DNA from: Tubulanus polymorphus
Lineage: Eukaryota; Animalia; Nemertea
DNA length: 64,000 nucleotides
Direction: 5' to 3'
Assembly: GCF_964204645.1 (NCBI RefSeq)
Contig: NC_134032.1
Location: 2,690,175 to 2,754,174, forward strand
Part shown: piece by piece, positions 52,522-64,000 of the stretch
Numbering within the stretch: the stretch's first letter is position 1
Layout of the letters: every line of letters begins with the position of its first letter
Program-made: the position numbers and the translations under genes
Notes under the pieces: model-generated
What the model was told of the DNA's origin: nothing
The model's input: the letters and a program-made list of their open reading frames with translations, nothing else
Databases searched by the model: none

Positions 52522-53702
52522 CTGACAGAAATGACGTCAACAATGAAAATTCAACATCAGAACCCAGCGAATCCGATGGTGCAGAGACGTTTTCTGAGGA
52601 TTCATCGGGTGTTCATGTCCTTTCTGGTATCGAACTTGACGATGATAGTGGTGATGATTATGATTATTTGCCAGAGGAACATTCAGATCAGTCTTCAAGT
52701 TCAGAGCTAGACTCTGATGATGAAGGTGAATAATATGATATTGATATAAGATATTTGAATAATGATTTCCTAGTTCATTTTTTGCCCATTGCGTTCAAAT
52801 TTAGTGATTGTTGAGCATTTCAAACTGCGACCCAAGTGGGCAAGGTGTTCCTTGACCCATAGTCTTCATAAATTAATTTCGAGAAATTAATTTAACATCT
52901 ATGCTTTAGCCTTGGATGTTCAAACAATGTCGTTTGTTTGGTTCCTCCAAGCAACTAAATAATGTTGTTCTGTATTTGTGTTAATTTAGAGGTCGAAGAG
53001 GAAGCGTACGTGACAGATGACTTCACTAAAAGACTCAGGATCCAGACCTTAAACGGTAGGCGTTTCTTTGTTTTACTCTTTTCTGTGAGTGGACTAGATT
53101 AATAAACCATGATTAGCCTACCTGGGAGACTGCAGCGAGCTTCTGTAACCTTTCACATTTCATGATTTACACAATAAAAAATGGATACCTTGTTTCTGTG
53201 CAGCTGCCGGGTCGGAAAAATCATGCTGAAAATTTGTAAAAATAAAATCCTGGCAGGGTCCCTTCGAAAAGCAGGTGTGAATTTAATTTTAAAATACCAT
53301 CTGGCCTGTCGCGTGAATATAAACCTTAGTTCGAGCTTTATATGTTCAAGCTGATGTATTATTTATAGTTCATGAAGTGGGAAAAAATCACCAGAGTGAC
53401 ACGTGCACTAATCCTCGCTCGGTAAAGAAAAGACTTTAAAGCGGGGGGCACACTGGGCGACAACATGTTTGATATAGTCGCCAGCGATTTAGCGGTCGTC
53501 CGCCTCGAGCGCCGTATTCAACGGACTAGTGCAGGCCGTAGATGTTAACGGTGATTGAATTGAACGATGCTGCCGAGTCCATACAAAATCTATCGGGCCC
53601 TATTGGTTTCCTGTAACGTTTTTCATTTTAGAAAAATAAAAGACAAATTATATTGTTTCCTTACAGTTATTGTGCCAACATATACTAAAACAGATGCTGG
53701 AG
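52522..53702 (+). CDS. Putative spliced exons of an acidic low-complexity protein (52522-52725, 52990-53055, 53667-53702)
   Basis: Each is bounded by a pyrimidine tract+AG and GT, all phase 1 and open in the spliced frame (..SDDE/EVEEEAYVTDD..LN/VIVPTYTKTDAG). Confidence 0.45.
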
Positions 53703-54139
53703 GTAGAGACATATAATATGTTAGTCAGCTATATAACCGGCAGGGTTTGCTTCATCTTACTTCATTTCGAGGAAGGATGCAAATAGCGAAAATGATTGTC
53801 TCAGTCTCGATTAAATGAGACAATATAGTTTGATTTTATAGGTTTAGGGAGCTTTGGATTCTCAATAAAGTTTTTTGCATACCCCGGTATGTTCTACTTG
53901 CATTACTTGCTATTCGTTTCGCACTGGTAAAAAGAAATTCTCTCCCGCATCTTTTCCATAAGTCTCTATTTCAACTTTTTTATTTAAGAATAACAATAGA
54001 AATATAATTGGCCGCCCTTGTCACTTTCCAGAAAAAATCTGATGAGAAACTAGGGTATTACTATTACTTAGTGTGGCCTAATCTGTTTTTCAACACCTGT
54101 TGGGATGTGGAGCTAATCACAGGCGCCCTTATATTGAAT

Positions 54140-55137
54140 TCGGAGTCATGTAGCTTCCTACTGGTTTGCCATTTTTCATTGAAATTTGGGTGGCTATTCT
54201 ATGGATAGGGTTCTGTAGCTGAGACAGGTATTTTTGATCAGCCAATTATCACGCAATTGGCGGCCATTTTGTTGTCATCAGTACTTATGAGCTTCAACTT
54301 TGTAATTGATTGTGGTAACCAAATATGCTTAGGTATCAACATAATGTGGTTTTTTCCACCTACGCATAAGTACTGATGATACCATAATGGCCGCCAATTG
54401 CGTGATAATTGGCTGATCAAAAATACTACAAAGTTGAAGCTCATGACATGTTCTATGATTTTGGTGAGTTCAAAGTCTTTGGTTTTTGGTATATGGCCAC
54501 CAGGGTGTTTGGAATAATACATTAACTTAGAATTTCAATATTATATTAATATCTAAGCGTTTTTTGTCACCACAATCAATTGTTAAGTGGTAGCTCATGA
54601 CATGTTCTAGGTGGAGGTAGAGGTGAGTTACAAGGTCATTGGGATTTGCATATGGTCACCAGGGGGCGTTGAATAGTAGAATAACTTAAGGCGCTTTTAC
54701 GAAACTGAATCTTTGTAAATCGATTTAAGTTTCACGTTTATGGCACGCGGTTTAGTGAATCCGATTTGGTAAATCAACTCGTTTATGGAAACGATTAAGT
54801 AAATTGATTTATTAAATCGACTCACTTGCTCGGCCTGCAAGTTAGTGGCGATTAGTGGCGTCCTCTTCGACTGCAGGCTAAAGACATCTATTAGCTAATC
54901 CGAATCAGATTCAATTTCATAAAAGCGCCTTTAGTATTTCCATATTATATTGGTACTGAGGCATGTATTGTTATCACAATCAATTGCAAAATTGTAGCTG
55001 CTGACATGTTCTATGATTGTGGTGAGTTTCACGATCATTGGTTTTAGTATATGGTCACCAGGGGAATTGAATATTGAAATGGTGGTTGGATTGTTGAAAG
55101 CCTTTCCAAGTAGGCATGGTGTATCTGGACCCCTAGT
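54140..55137 (+). repeat. Helitron-like element with 154-bp units and CTAG 3' end
   Basis: Same unit as at 11.6-13.1 kb; ends 'ctggacccctag'. Confidence 0.7.
54689..54930. mobile_element. PIF/Harbinger (Tourist-like) MITE with TTA TSD
   Basis: TIR aggcgctttta.gaaa.tgaatct / agattcaatttcataaaagcgcct; the empty site in other units reads 'aacTTAgtatttcc'. Confidence 0.85.
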
Positions 55138-55424
55138 TTCCTTTGTGTTGAGTTTCATGGTCATTTTAGGTGATTGGAATTATTTCACATATATTTCTTT
55201 ATAGTAAAGCGTAGATGGAGTGATGATAAAAATGAGGTTTTTTTGAAGCTGTAATACCATACCTCAAGAAGAGGAAAGCAGCGCCAGGTTGCATTTTGAA
55301 TGAGCTCAAAGAAAAATTAAATGGAAGAAGCGTCAATCAGTTGAGAACTCGGACACATAATTATTTGTCTGGAAAGCAAATGCTTCCCCAGAAGTACATG
55401 TAAAATTACGAATAAAATGAGTAA

Positions 55425-56659
55425 GGCCACACCAAAGAAATCCTGTTTCTCGGACGGGGCAATCACCAAAATGGGTAGGTAGGTAGAGAATGTTTATGCC
55501 GAACAACACGTTGTGGTGGCACTGTATTCACTTTGGCGTCTGTTCGCAGTGGTTTCCTTGCCCTGGCACCTTAACCCTATGACAGATTTCCTTCCAATTC
55601 TATACATGTAGTTGTGTTGTACTATATGAGGTTAGTAACTGATTAGATTTTGGGTCATGTAGGTCTTAGGACAATGTCACAGGAAGCCATTTTGTAAATT
55701 TCATTTCCGGGCTCTAACTCAAAAACGGTTTAAGATAACTTAATGAAATTCTATGGATAGGTTATCCTAGACACCGTGGGTAAGTGAATAGATTCCGGGT
55801 CCTGTTGGTCAAAGGTCATGGTTACTAGAAGCTGTTATGTATTTTTCATTTCCGGGCTCTATCTCTAGACGGTTTGAGTTAATTTGGTTACTTTTTTGGA
55901 TGGGTTTTCCAAGAGACTGTGAGTAACTTGATTACATTCGTGTTCTGTAGGGTCAAAGGTCAAGGTCACGAAGAGCTGTTTTGTATTTTCAATTTCCGGG
56001 CTCCTTGTTCATAAATGGTACAAGATAACTTTGTGAAATTTCCTGCCTGTATAAATAGGTCGACATACGCTTGGGGTGTATCTTACACTCAGGCGTTTCA
56101 CCTGATGTGGGGGCATCAGTCGTCTTCAGCGACATTCTAGGGTAGATCGCCGTAAATAATTTTTATTGGACCAAATGTTTAGTCAGGAACATGATTAACA
56201 GCTAGTAGACTACAATAATTGAGGTGTTTGTACAATTATACAACCTATAAAACCTATTGCACAATCTATACAGATATATTTTGAACATATTTCACGGAAA
56301 TCCTGGAATTTTACAATCCAAGGTCGCCATCGATGTCCGATTAGCAAAGTTGTCTGAGCATGGCTGCACCATTTCCAGAATCAAATTGTTATATCCGATG
56401 CAATATAATATTTTTATGGTGTTGATCTCGGTGCCGACATCACGATTTGATTAAAAAGAAAAAATGTTTACAAGAATTAACAAGAATGGAGAATTTGGTA
56501 GTCGGTCGGCTGCATATATATTTTTTGAAAAAAGTTATTTCACCCAAAATGTTGAAAAAGGGTCGGCAGGCAATTACATTTTTTCTGAAAATGATTATTT
56601 GAAACGACGAAATATTGGGTCGGTTGGGCCGAGAAACAGGGATTTCTTTTGGTGTGGCC
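55425..56659. mobile_element. PIF/Harbinger-like non-autonomous element with TAA TSD, containing a nested Helitron-like element (~55490-56140)
   Basis: TIR ggccacaccaaa.gaaatcc.tgtttctcgg / ccgagaaacagggatttcttttggtgtggcc; the nested element ends 'gtcgtcttcagcgacattctag'. Confidence 0.75.
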
Positions 56660-56856
56660 TAACATGTAAAATTGCGAATAAAATAAAATGAGTAACGTAA
56701 AATTACGAATGAAATAGAATGAGTAGCATGTAAAATACGAATGAAATAAAATGAGTAACATGTTAAATTACTAATAAAATAAAATGAGTAACATAATGAA
56801 TTGCGAATGAAATAAAATGAATTACATGTACAATTACGAATGAAATAAAATGAATA
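56660..56856. repeat. Minisatellite, ~32-33-bp unit
   Basis: catgtaaaattacgaatgaaataaaatgagtaa about 6 times; the first unit lies at 55397-55424, before the insertion. Confidence 0.85.
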
Positions 56857-57582
56857 CCTATCAAAATTTTTGTGTTTGTTATAGTTAGATTGAGCATGAT
56901 TATTAATGAAGGTCTACTCTGAAAATAGATATAGAAGGTGATATGCAACTTTATTTTAAAAAAGCTCATAACCAAAAAATTCGCCAGCCCTCGTCATGTC
57001 TAGAAAAGAAGTGTACGAATTAAGGAATAAGTAAAACGACAATCACAACCGAAGAACGTACTACATGCATGAGATAGCTATGATTGAATGTTCTGCATTC
57101 AAGTTGAAAGCGTTTCACGTAAAACATTTTTGAGGTCTTATTATTGCTCGTCGTATTTTGGATGGTCTAAATTGGTCCTAGCAGCACAGCGCATATCTCT
57201 GAGTGATTTCATGCAAAATTGAGATGATAGTAAGTGATATACCTGTACTATCGATATTCAACTCGACTCTACCTACTTATTTAGGTGGAGTCGATGACTA
57301 CATACTACGGGATTTCCATATGGCACTGGTTTCAAATGCGTCATTGTTCAAGTTACGGGACGTCAGTATAAAATCATGAAAAGGGACATTTGATACTTTG
57401 GGACATATATATATCGTAAATGCGATATGATTCTAGTTGCGGGACGTCAGTACGAAACCACGAAGAGGGACATTTGACACTATGGGATATATATATATAT
57501 GATAAACACCCCATTTATTGGTTTTAAAATTACACCCCATTTATCGGTTTTAGATAGACGTCCCGCTACTCTACCTATGTAA

Positions 57583-57614
<32 letters not shown>

Positions 57615-57889
57615 TTGATTCTTTCATTCATTATGCGTTTACAATGTTGGACTGAAATCTCAAATGATTATTTGGATTGTGCGGATTTTTGTTATGCGGC
57701 AACACTACTCTCAGATCTAAACATACGGACAGTCATATTGATGAGGACAGAGACCAGAATATACAAAAGCTGAGAAGGAAAAAATGTTTTTATCTAGATA
57801 GACGTATGAAGGCATCTAAACAACTGGTAATAACAACTCTTTTTGGACAAATTTACATTTTTATCCGGTCTTTTGAAAAATGTACAATA

Positions 57890-58040
57890 TGTTTTGTCAG
57901 TGAAGGGTTTCATTGGCGCAACCAAATATTTACTTAACAATGGAGTGTCCTTTGTTTTTAACAACACATTTTGCCAGGATCCTCTTGAAGAACACTTTGG
58001 TAGGCACAGGGGACTTGCTAGGTGCTCGAAGAATCCTTCT
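57890..58040 (+). pseudogene. P-element/THAP9-like transposase C-terminal fragment
   Basis: KYLL..GV.FV....FCQDPLEEHFGRHRG....NPSVYEF. Confidence 0.75.
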
Positions 58041-61000
58041 GTCTATGAATTCCGGTGAGAAAAAGCTCTATCGGGGAATGCATTATTCAGGTAACAATCG
58101 CAGCAGCGCAACTCAATACTCACTGCATCTGAGACGTCAACAAGTTAGACTGTATTGCTTCGATGACAAACTGACTCCTACGCAAGATGACCATCCAATT
58201 CAAATGTAAATTAAGAAAGAAAACAACAAAACTAGTTGCGTTGATCAACAAAAATAAATCAATAGTTTATTACAATACTTCAATTTCAAAATGAAGATAG
58301 GAAAAAATTGAACAATAAGTGTGTTTGCCATGCGTCTTTAAATATTTCCCAAGAATATGTCTTTGTCTGGCCACCACCTGCCTCGACGTCAGACTTTTTC
58401 GAGATTTTCGCTAAAAATACGAAACAAGACAAAATTGATGGATGGGAATCATACATGCTATATTCACTTTTACTGCGAACATTGGAATGAGCTAAAGCAA
58501 TTTTCTAGGAGGAAAAATTGAGTCAAATGATGTTTCAAAATTTGGACGGGAAATTTTTTTTCTGAATTGTATGGCAAATGGCAAATACATGTTTATATTG
58601 ATAAGGTAAATATCTGTATAAAAGGTTGTATAGCCTGTCATGTGAATCAACATCAAATTTAGAACTATCATCCATTTTTAGTTTTCAATCAAAGACCAAC
58701 CTATGAAATAAAGTACATATTTTTCTGATAACAACCTGGAATAAATTAAAATAAATCTGAGGAATTATATATGAGGGCCTATATAACCTAAAGATTGATA
58801 CTTACATACGACAAATTGACGAAGAAACTTCATTTGACAGTATACAAACTCCCGGACAAACTCCCAAAATGAATCATGTCCTATTCACCTAGAATCAAAC
58901 AAAATACAACTAAAAAATTCACAATACAGATTTCGCTTTCGAATCCTTCAAATTGCTGTTTACTTACATGAAACGAATTATCAAACTACTTCTGCCGACA
59001 GCATACCAACTCGCTGACAAACCCCCAAAATGAAACGTGTCATGATAAACATCTGGAATTAAACGTAATAAAGCTAAAAAATTTACAAAATGTCGGTTTC
59101 GAATCCCTCAAATAGCCTTACACTTACAAATGATGGATTATCAAACAACTATGAACTCCCAAAACGCCACATGTCTTTGATAATCTACAGTGAAAACCTG
59201 GAATTAAATGAAATAAATCTTAAAATTCCGATTTGAACCCAACGTAGGCCCTCTCTCTACTTGTAGGCCTAAGATCTTGAAATAGGATAAATAATGTTAT
59301 GATGAAAGAGGCATAATGGTTCGGAAGAAATTGAATTCAATATGGCTCTTGGCCTGGCAAAGTTTGCTTTTGAAATATCCTTTTGATTAGGCCTAGTTAC
59401 ACATTTTAAAAGCAAATTTCATTTTGCATCAAACTAAAAGCGGCTTTGTTGAGGAAAAGATTCGTTTGAGTCGTAAAATTTATAGCCTAGAACCAATTTC
59501 TTCGTCAAAGCGTGATGCACAATTTTGACTGGGTCTTATTTCCACGTGGTAGTGGACAGAAAATTTGAATAGGCCTAAATAATAGAATAATCTTTCTTAG
59601 GTTTCATGATAAAGATGCAGCATTAACATAGATTAATGCTTATCTTTTACAATAAGGCTTATGTTTCAAAGGAAAACGCCCACAGTTGGTCGAACAGGGG
59701 TTAGGCATTGATGGTAGAGGGGCTGTGTGTGTGAAACAGAGAGATAAAAATGCACGGGAACGAGTTTGTCGAGTGGAGCTTATTATTCCATCAGGGATAG
59801 TGTACTATAGTCATTTTATATATCAAAATGTTCCTTATTAGTTCCGCTGCATTGCTAAAAACAAATTGAGATAGGTTTCCCTGCATTTTTTTACATATTA
59901 CATCACTTACAACGATAAACGTCCGTCGCTGACTGAAAAATTCACAAAAACTTCTGCATTGAGTGCGCCACCGCACCAACTCAAATTGGATTGGAAACCC
60001 TCCAGCGATGCACTCTATGATCTTTAGAACCTGTCTTTGCTGACTGGGAATAAGATACTTCTCAGCGCGAAGGGGGCGGGCCGCAGCGTCACCAGGTCCC
60101 GCTCCGCGAGGAAGCTAGATTTTCAAAGAAATGAGTGCACGCGACGGCCGTGACCACTTGTTAGTGACGTCATCAAGAATGATGGCTCCGAGGATCGCCA
60201 CATCACAGGTTACTGTGAATAAATGGGATTCGACCATTCAAAAGTTCAAAATGTACTTTCTTGTTTTGTAAAACAAGTTTATTCATGTGGTTATATAAAG
60301 CATTTTGTTTGAAACATTCTTTAATAATGTTTGTTGAGTTTAAAGCCAATTGTCGTTGTGTAATTCGATACTGGTCACTGAAATCAAAGTTTTAGTTTCT
60401 GTTCACATGTTTCGACTTATAAATATCCAACTTGTATGTTCTATCTTTTAATACAGGCCATGTGATAATTTGCGTATCACTCCATGAGTTTAAAAAGAGA
60501 GCACATTCGATATTGTTAAATAATTAACTACATTTTTTTCTGTCACACGTTGATTTTTACCCATCACTTATAAAATTCAAATGTACGTGATGTATTCTGA
60601 AAGCTATGTAAGCTTGTTCTTAAAAATACACTATGAATTTTCAATTTGTACTGACCATAATAGTTTATTTTTCGTAAATAAAATTTATATTTTAATTAAA
60701 TAATTTCAAAATCTTTTCTATGCCCTCTGCAACAGAAACTTACTAAGGACTATTACATATTCAGATGTACGTTGATGATTGATTTCAATCCTCCCTTCAA
60801 ATAATTATATGAACATTATTTCGGAAGATGCAGGTGGCGCACAATCATAATACATTCAACTCATCAAGCTGACGAGTCATTACCGTAACCAATGTTACAG
60901 ACGGGTAACCAATCTACTCGACTCCGCAGACAACTAAACGACCCGAGTAACCCCCAATTTGACTATAACTATAAATTATGTTATGTTAAACCGCATTGGT

Positions 61001-61439
61001 GTGACTTGACACGTTAAATGCGTATCCCGTATTGATATATTTCTATTATCCACTTTTCAAACTATGAATAGCACGCCTGCTCAGAAAACCCGTTATCGCT
61101 GCTTCGCAGCTATATTCTAATTTTGTAATTTTTGATATATTAAAATTTTTTGCTGCACTGTAACTTGTGTAGTTTTCAAGGTATCCTCATAAAATTTGGA
61201 ATGTAGCTCAAGTACAAACTATTCTACTGCACGAAACCCTTTTAAAGGCATAAAATACATTGGAAACTTTTGGTTGGAACTTATAAAGGTTTGAAAAAAA
61301 TTTTAATATTTTGTTGATTATTTACAAAATTCTAAAGTCTTATGAAATTAAGTGATCCTACATAAAAAACGAAGAGTTTCATGCAGTTTATATACATGTC
61401 TACTTGAAATTAGTCAAATAAGAATCAGTTTGATCGACT

Positions 61440-62195
61440 GAGGACGGCAAAAACCGTAAAGTTTCCCAAGTCTCCATTTCTACCTAACGCATGCGCATTA
61501 GTCAGTGCTGGAATTGCTCTAAGTCGAGAAATCGGCACATTGCGCATGCGGCACTACATGTGAACTGCATGTCAACTCTAATGACTAATAGTCGCTGTAG
61601 TTTCCATTAGGTTCGAATCCCGTAAAAGTATTGATCTTATTTACGCTGTTCATCTTATAAGGGGCGCTATCAGGTTCGAAACTCGAAAATTACTGATTGT
61701 ATTTCAAGCGTTACGACATGAACTTTGATGATTAAAGTGTCGCTGGGTTATTGTTTGCCGAGTAAAAAAGTTACAACATCCCGAACATGAAATAATGAAC
61801 TTTGATAGCCCCAGGATTTACTTTTAAATGCTTAAGCCTAGGTTCAAATCCAGAATGTGTAGCAGAAAAATACATTCATCCTTTTTAATATACCGATATA
61901 TACCTTAGATTCTCAGCTTATGGCAAGACCACTTGACCACCTGTCATACCTAAAAATACAAATGATCCTCTGACCAAACAAACTGTGTCTTCCCGCTGCA
62001 CAAAATTTCACGCAGGTTCATTCCGTTATAGTTCTATGTTTCAGAGTTCTGACATGACCCAGTTTAGGAAAAAATACACATGTAGCGATGCATGCGCACG
62101 CGACCAATTTCTGGACTTAGAGGATCTCCCCAACACATCCTGATGAGCATGCGTTATAAACAGAGACTTTGGAAACTTTACGGTTTTTGCCTCAG
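61440..62195. mobile_element. MITE-like element with imperfect TIRs
   Basis: ggcaaaaaccgtaaagtttcccaagtctc (~61446) / gagactttggaaactttacggtttttgcc (~62163); internal gcatgcg repeats. Confidence 0.6.
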
Positions 62196-62599
62196 GACGA
62201 TGTGACGAAAATTATGGTTATTTCAAAATATGGCGGCCATCTTTGATTGCTTAGTTGCATAATTTATGCAAAACCCACAAAAACCGCTAAATCTACTTAC
62301 TTAGAACCTATATACCCAATAAAAACGACATGGACAAGGGATTAAGATTTTTTTGTTGAATAGGTAGGTGCCACCTTTTAACTAATTTTGTGAACAGCGA
62401 AGCTCGTCTACAATTCCAAGTCTTTGGTCCCTTGGGAAAATTGGTCTCCGAATCATGGGTGTCAACTTTCTATACCGCAGCAACGTCAGCAAAGCATATT
62501 GGACATCTAGATGGCATTGTGGTTGTTAGAAATGTTGCTGAATTTGCTGCTGAACTGTGTCAGACTCTAACGACCAAAGCTAATGTTTTTGGTAATTAC

Positions 62600-63250
62600 A
62601 TGTCGCGGCGTTATCATAAAGAAAAGAAAGTCAAAGAAGATACCACACTCCTTAGTCTACAAAAACCACCACTCCACAAGGGGCAATTCGCTACATTGAT
62701 GAGTGACGGCCTCACTTCATCTGTTAGAAAATGTAGCAAACTCGAGAGGTTGGACGGACGACCAATGCCAAATTTTATGTTTCAGTATTTGGAGGGTTCA
62801 GCTAGACGGTTCTATGACGATTTAGTAATAGATTAATCAACTAAATTTACTAGCATCATACATTCCTTCAAAGAACTCTTCGAGTCAGACAGTCTGCAAC
62901 TCCGAGAAGAGTCTTCTCCGGGTTTCGGCAGAAGAAAGGGGAGTCAGTCAATGATGGAGCAGGTAGACCGACTGGCTCAAAAATCAGTCAGGGACAAATT
63001 GGTTGTTTTCCTCAACGGCTTGGACAGGGCGATCAGGTTAGACGTAATGATGATGAGGCCTGACATGTACGGGAAGGTAGTCGAGCACGCAAGGACTGCG
63101 GAGCAGTTGACCGACCGGGATCAGGTGAACCAAGCTTCCACAAATGACATGACTTTTCTCAAGACAATGGAGGAGATCAAGGGAATGTTCTCACAGTTCT
63201 TACAGCCGATGTACCAGGTACCATCGCAACTGTACAGCGACAATCAGTGT
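62600..63250 (+). pseudogene. LTR retrotransposon gag-like fragment
   Basis: F.YLEGSARRFYDDL...F.ELF...; DKLVVFLNGL...IR..V....P......V..A...EQ resembles the capsid region of gag. Confidence 0.5.
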
Positions 63251-63594
63251 GACCTAATTTTGAAATTTCTAACTGATATATATATTGTCAGACACACACA
63301 AGCAAATTGATCAATTATCTTGAACAATATATGTGTTCCTGTACCCACCAGCATTAGAAGAATTGCGTCAATATTTACAAGATGGCCATCCTGTAACTTT
63401 TTTATGTGATAAAAGGTTATTTTGACTAGAATGTGCAAGACCTGTAGCTTTCTAATGGTTGACGATTTTTATATTAAGGACTATGACCATGCCCTGTCCA
63501 TAAGATCTAGCTTAAAGTGATAGCAATTAGCAAACATTTCAGGAGGTGCCATAGTATAAAGAGCATAATGTAAATAAAATATGACCTAATCAGA

Positions 63595-64000
63595 GTGATT
63601 GACTTAAAAATGTATATGGTGTGGACAATGGAGGTTGAAGAAGATTCCACACCCATTCATCACTGGGAAATGCTGACCAAAATCATCCATTCAGAGTGGT
63701 CTGAAAAAATCACCCACATGGCAAGAAATGTATTGCTGCAAAGCGTTTGTTGTAAAGGACCCGTTGAACTTCCTTCCCCTGAGGACATTCATAAACACCT
63801 AAATTTAATGGGAAACTGACGTTCATGAAAACTGTTAAACTGCTAGAAGTACTGCTTCCAACAAGGAATAAACGCGATACGGAGAAACACATAACCAGGG
63901 TTCATTGTCTCAAGCTCAGGTGAAATTCAAGCCATTTCAAGCTAGATTTATACCATTTTCAAGCTATTTTTTAAGGCACGTTGGAAGCAATTTTCGATAG
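63595..64000 (+). pseudogene. Degenerate Crypton-like tyrosine recombinase fragment
   Basis: SEWSEKITHMARNVL....PVELPSPEDIHK resembles the EWS..IS..A...L...P..LP..ED..K segment upstream of the YR catalytic domain in animal CryptonV-like genes. Confidence 0.4.

Noticed and set aside
60060-60190. CpG-rich promoter-like patch (GC box, TGACGTCA, GATGGC)
   Set aside because: No supportable downstream gene; such motifs are common in TE ends
61605-61690. tRNA-like GGTTCGAATCCC B-box motifs
   Set aside because: No A-box or cloverleaf could be built; they lie inside a MITE-like repeat

Overview
Repeat-dense animal genomic DNA, probably from a lophotrochozoan-type invertebrate (inferred from intronless peptide-receptor-like GPCRs and the TE families present). 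There is no clearly intact host gene. 1-10 kb: a LINE relic and a small cluster of decaying rhodopsin-family GPCRs. 11-17 kb: Helitron-type 154-bp satellite elements and MITEs. 17.8-32 kb: a nest of elements. A Gypsy LTR retrotransposon (with a -1 frameshift site and a putative spliced zinc-finger ORF3) is split by a piggyBac and abuts a truncated Polinton-like pPolB copy, which is itself split by a Kolobok-type transposon. 33.9-40.0 kb, the most interesting region: a compact ~6.1 kb, very AT-rich Polinton/adintovirus-like element. It encodes protein-primed PolB, an SSB-like protein, a penton-like protein and a small ORF, shows no integrase, major capsid or ATPase, ends in a 194-bp fold-back hairpin and has TAAATG-type starts. 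A second copy nearby has a different gene order. 43-48 kb: a full-length MULE carrying PHD and OTU (vertnin-like) domains. The rest holds L2, Sola-like, P-element, gag and Crypton-like relics, several MITEs with clean TSDs, and a tandem micro-exon array. All family assignments come from motif recognition by eye; no database searches were run.
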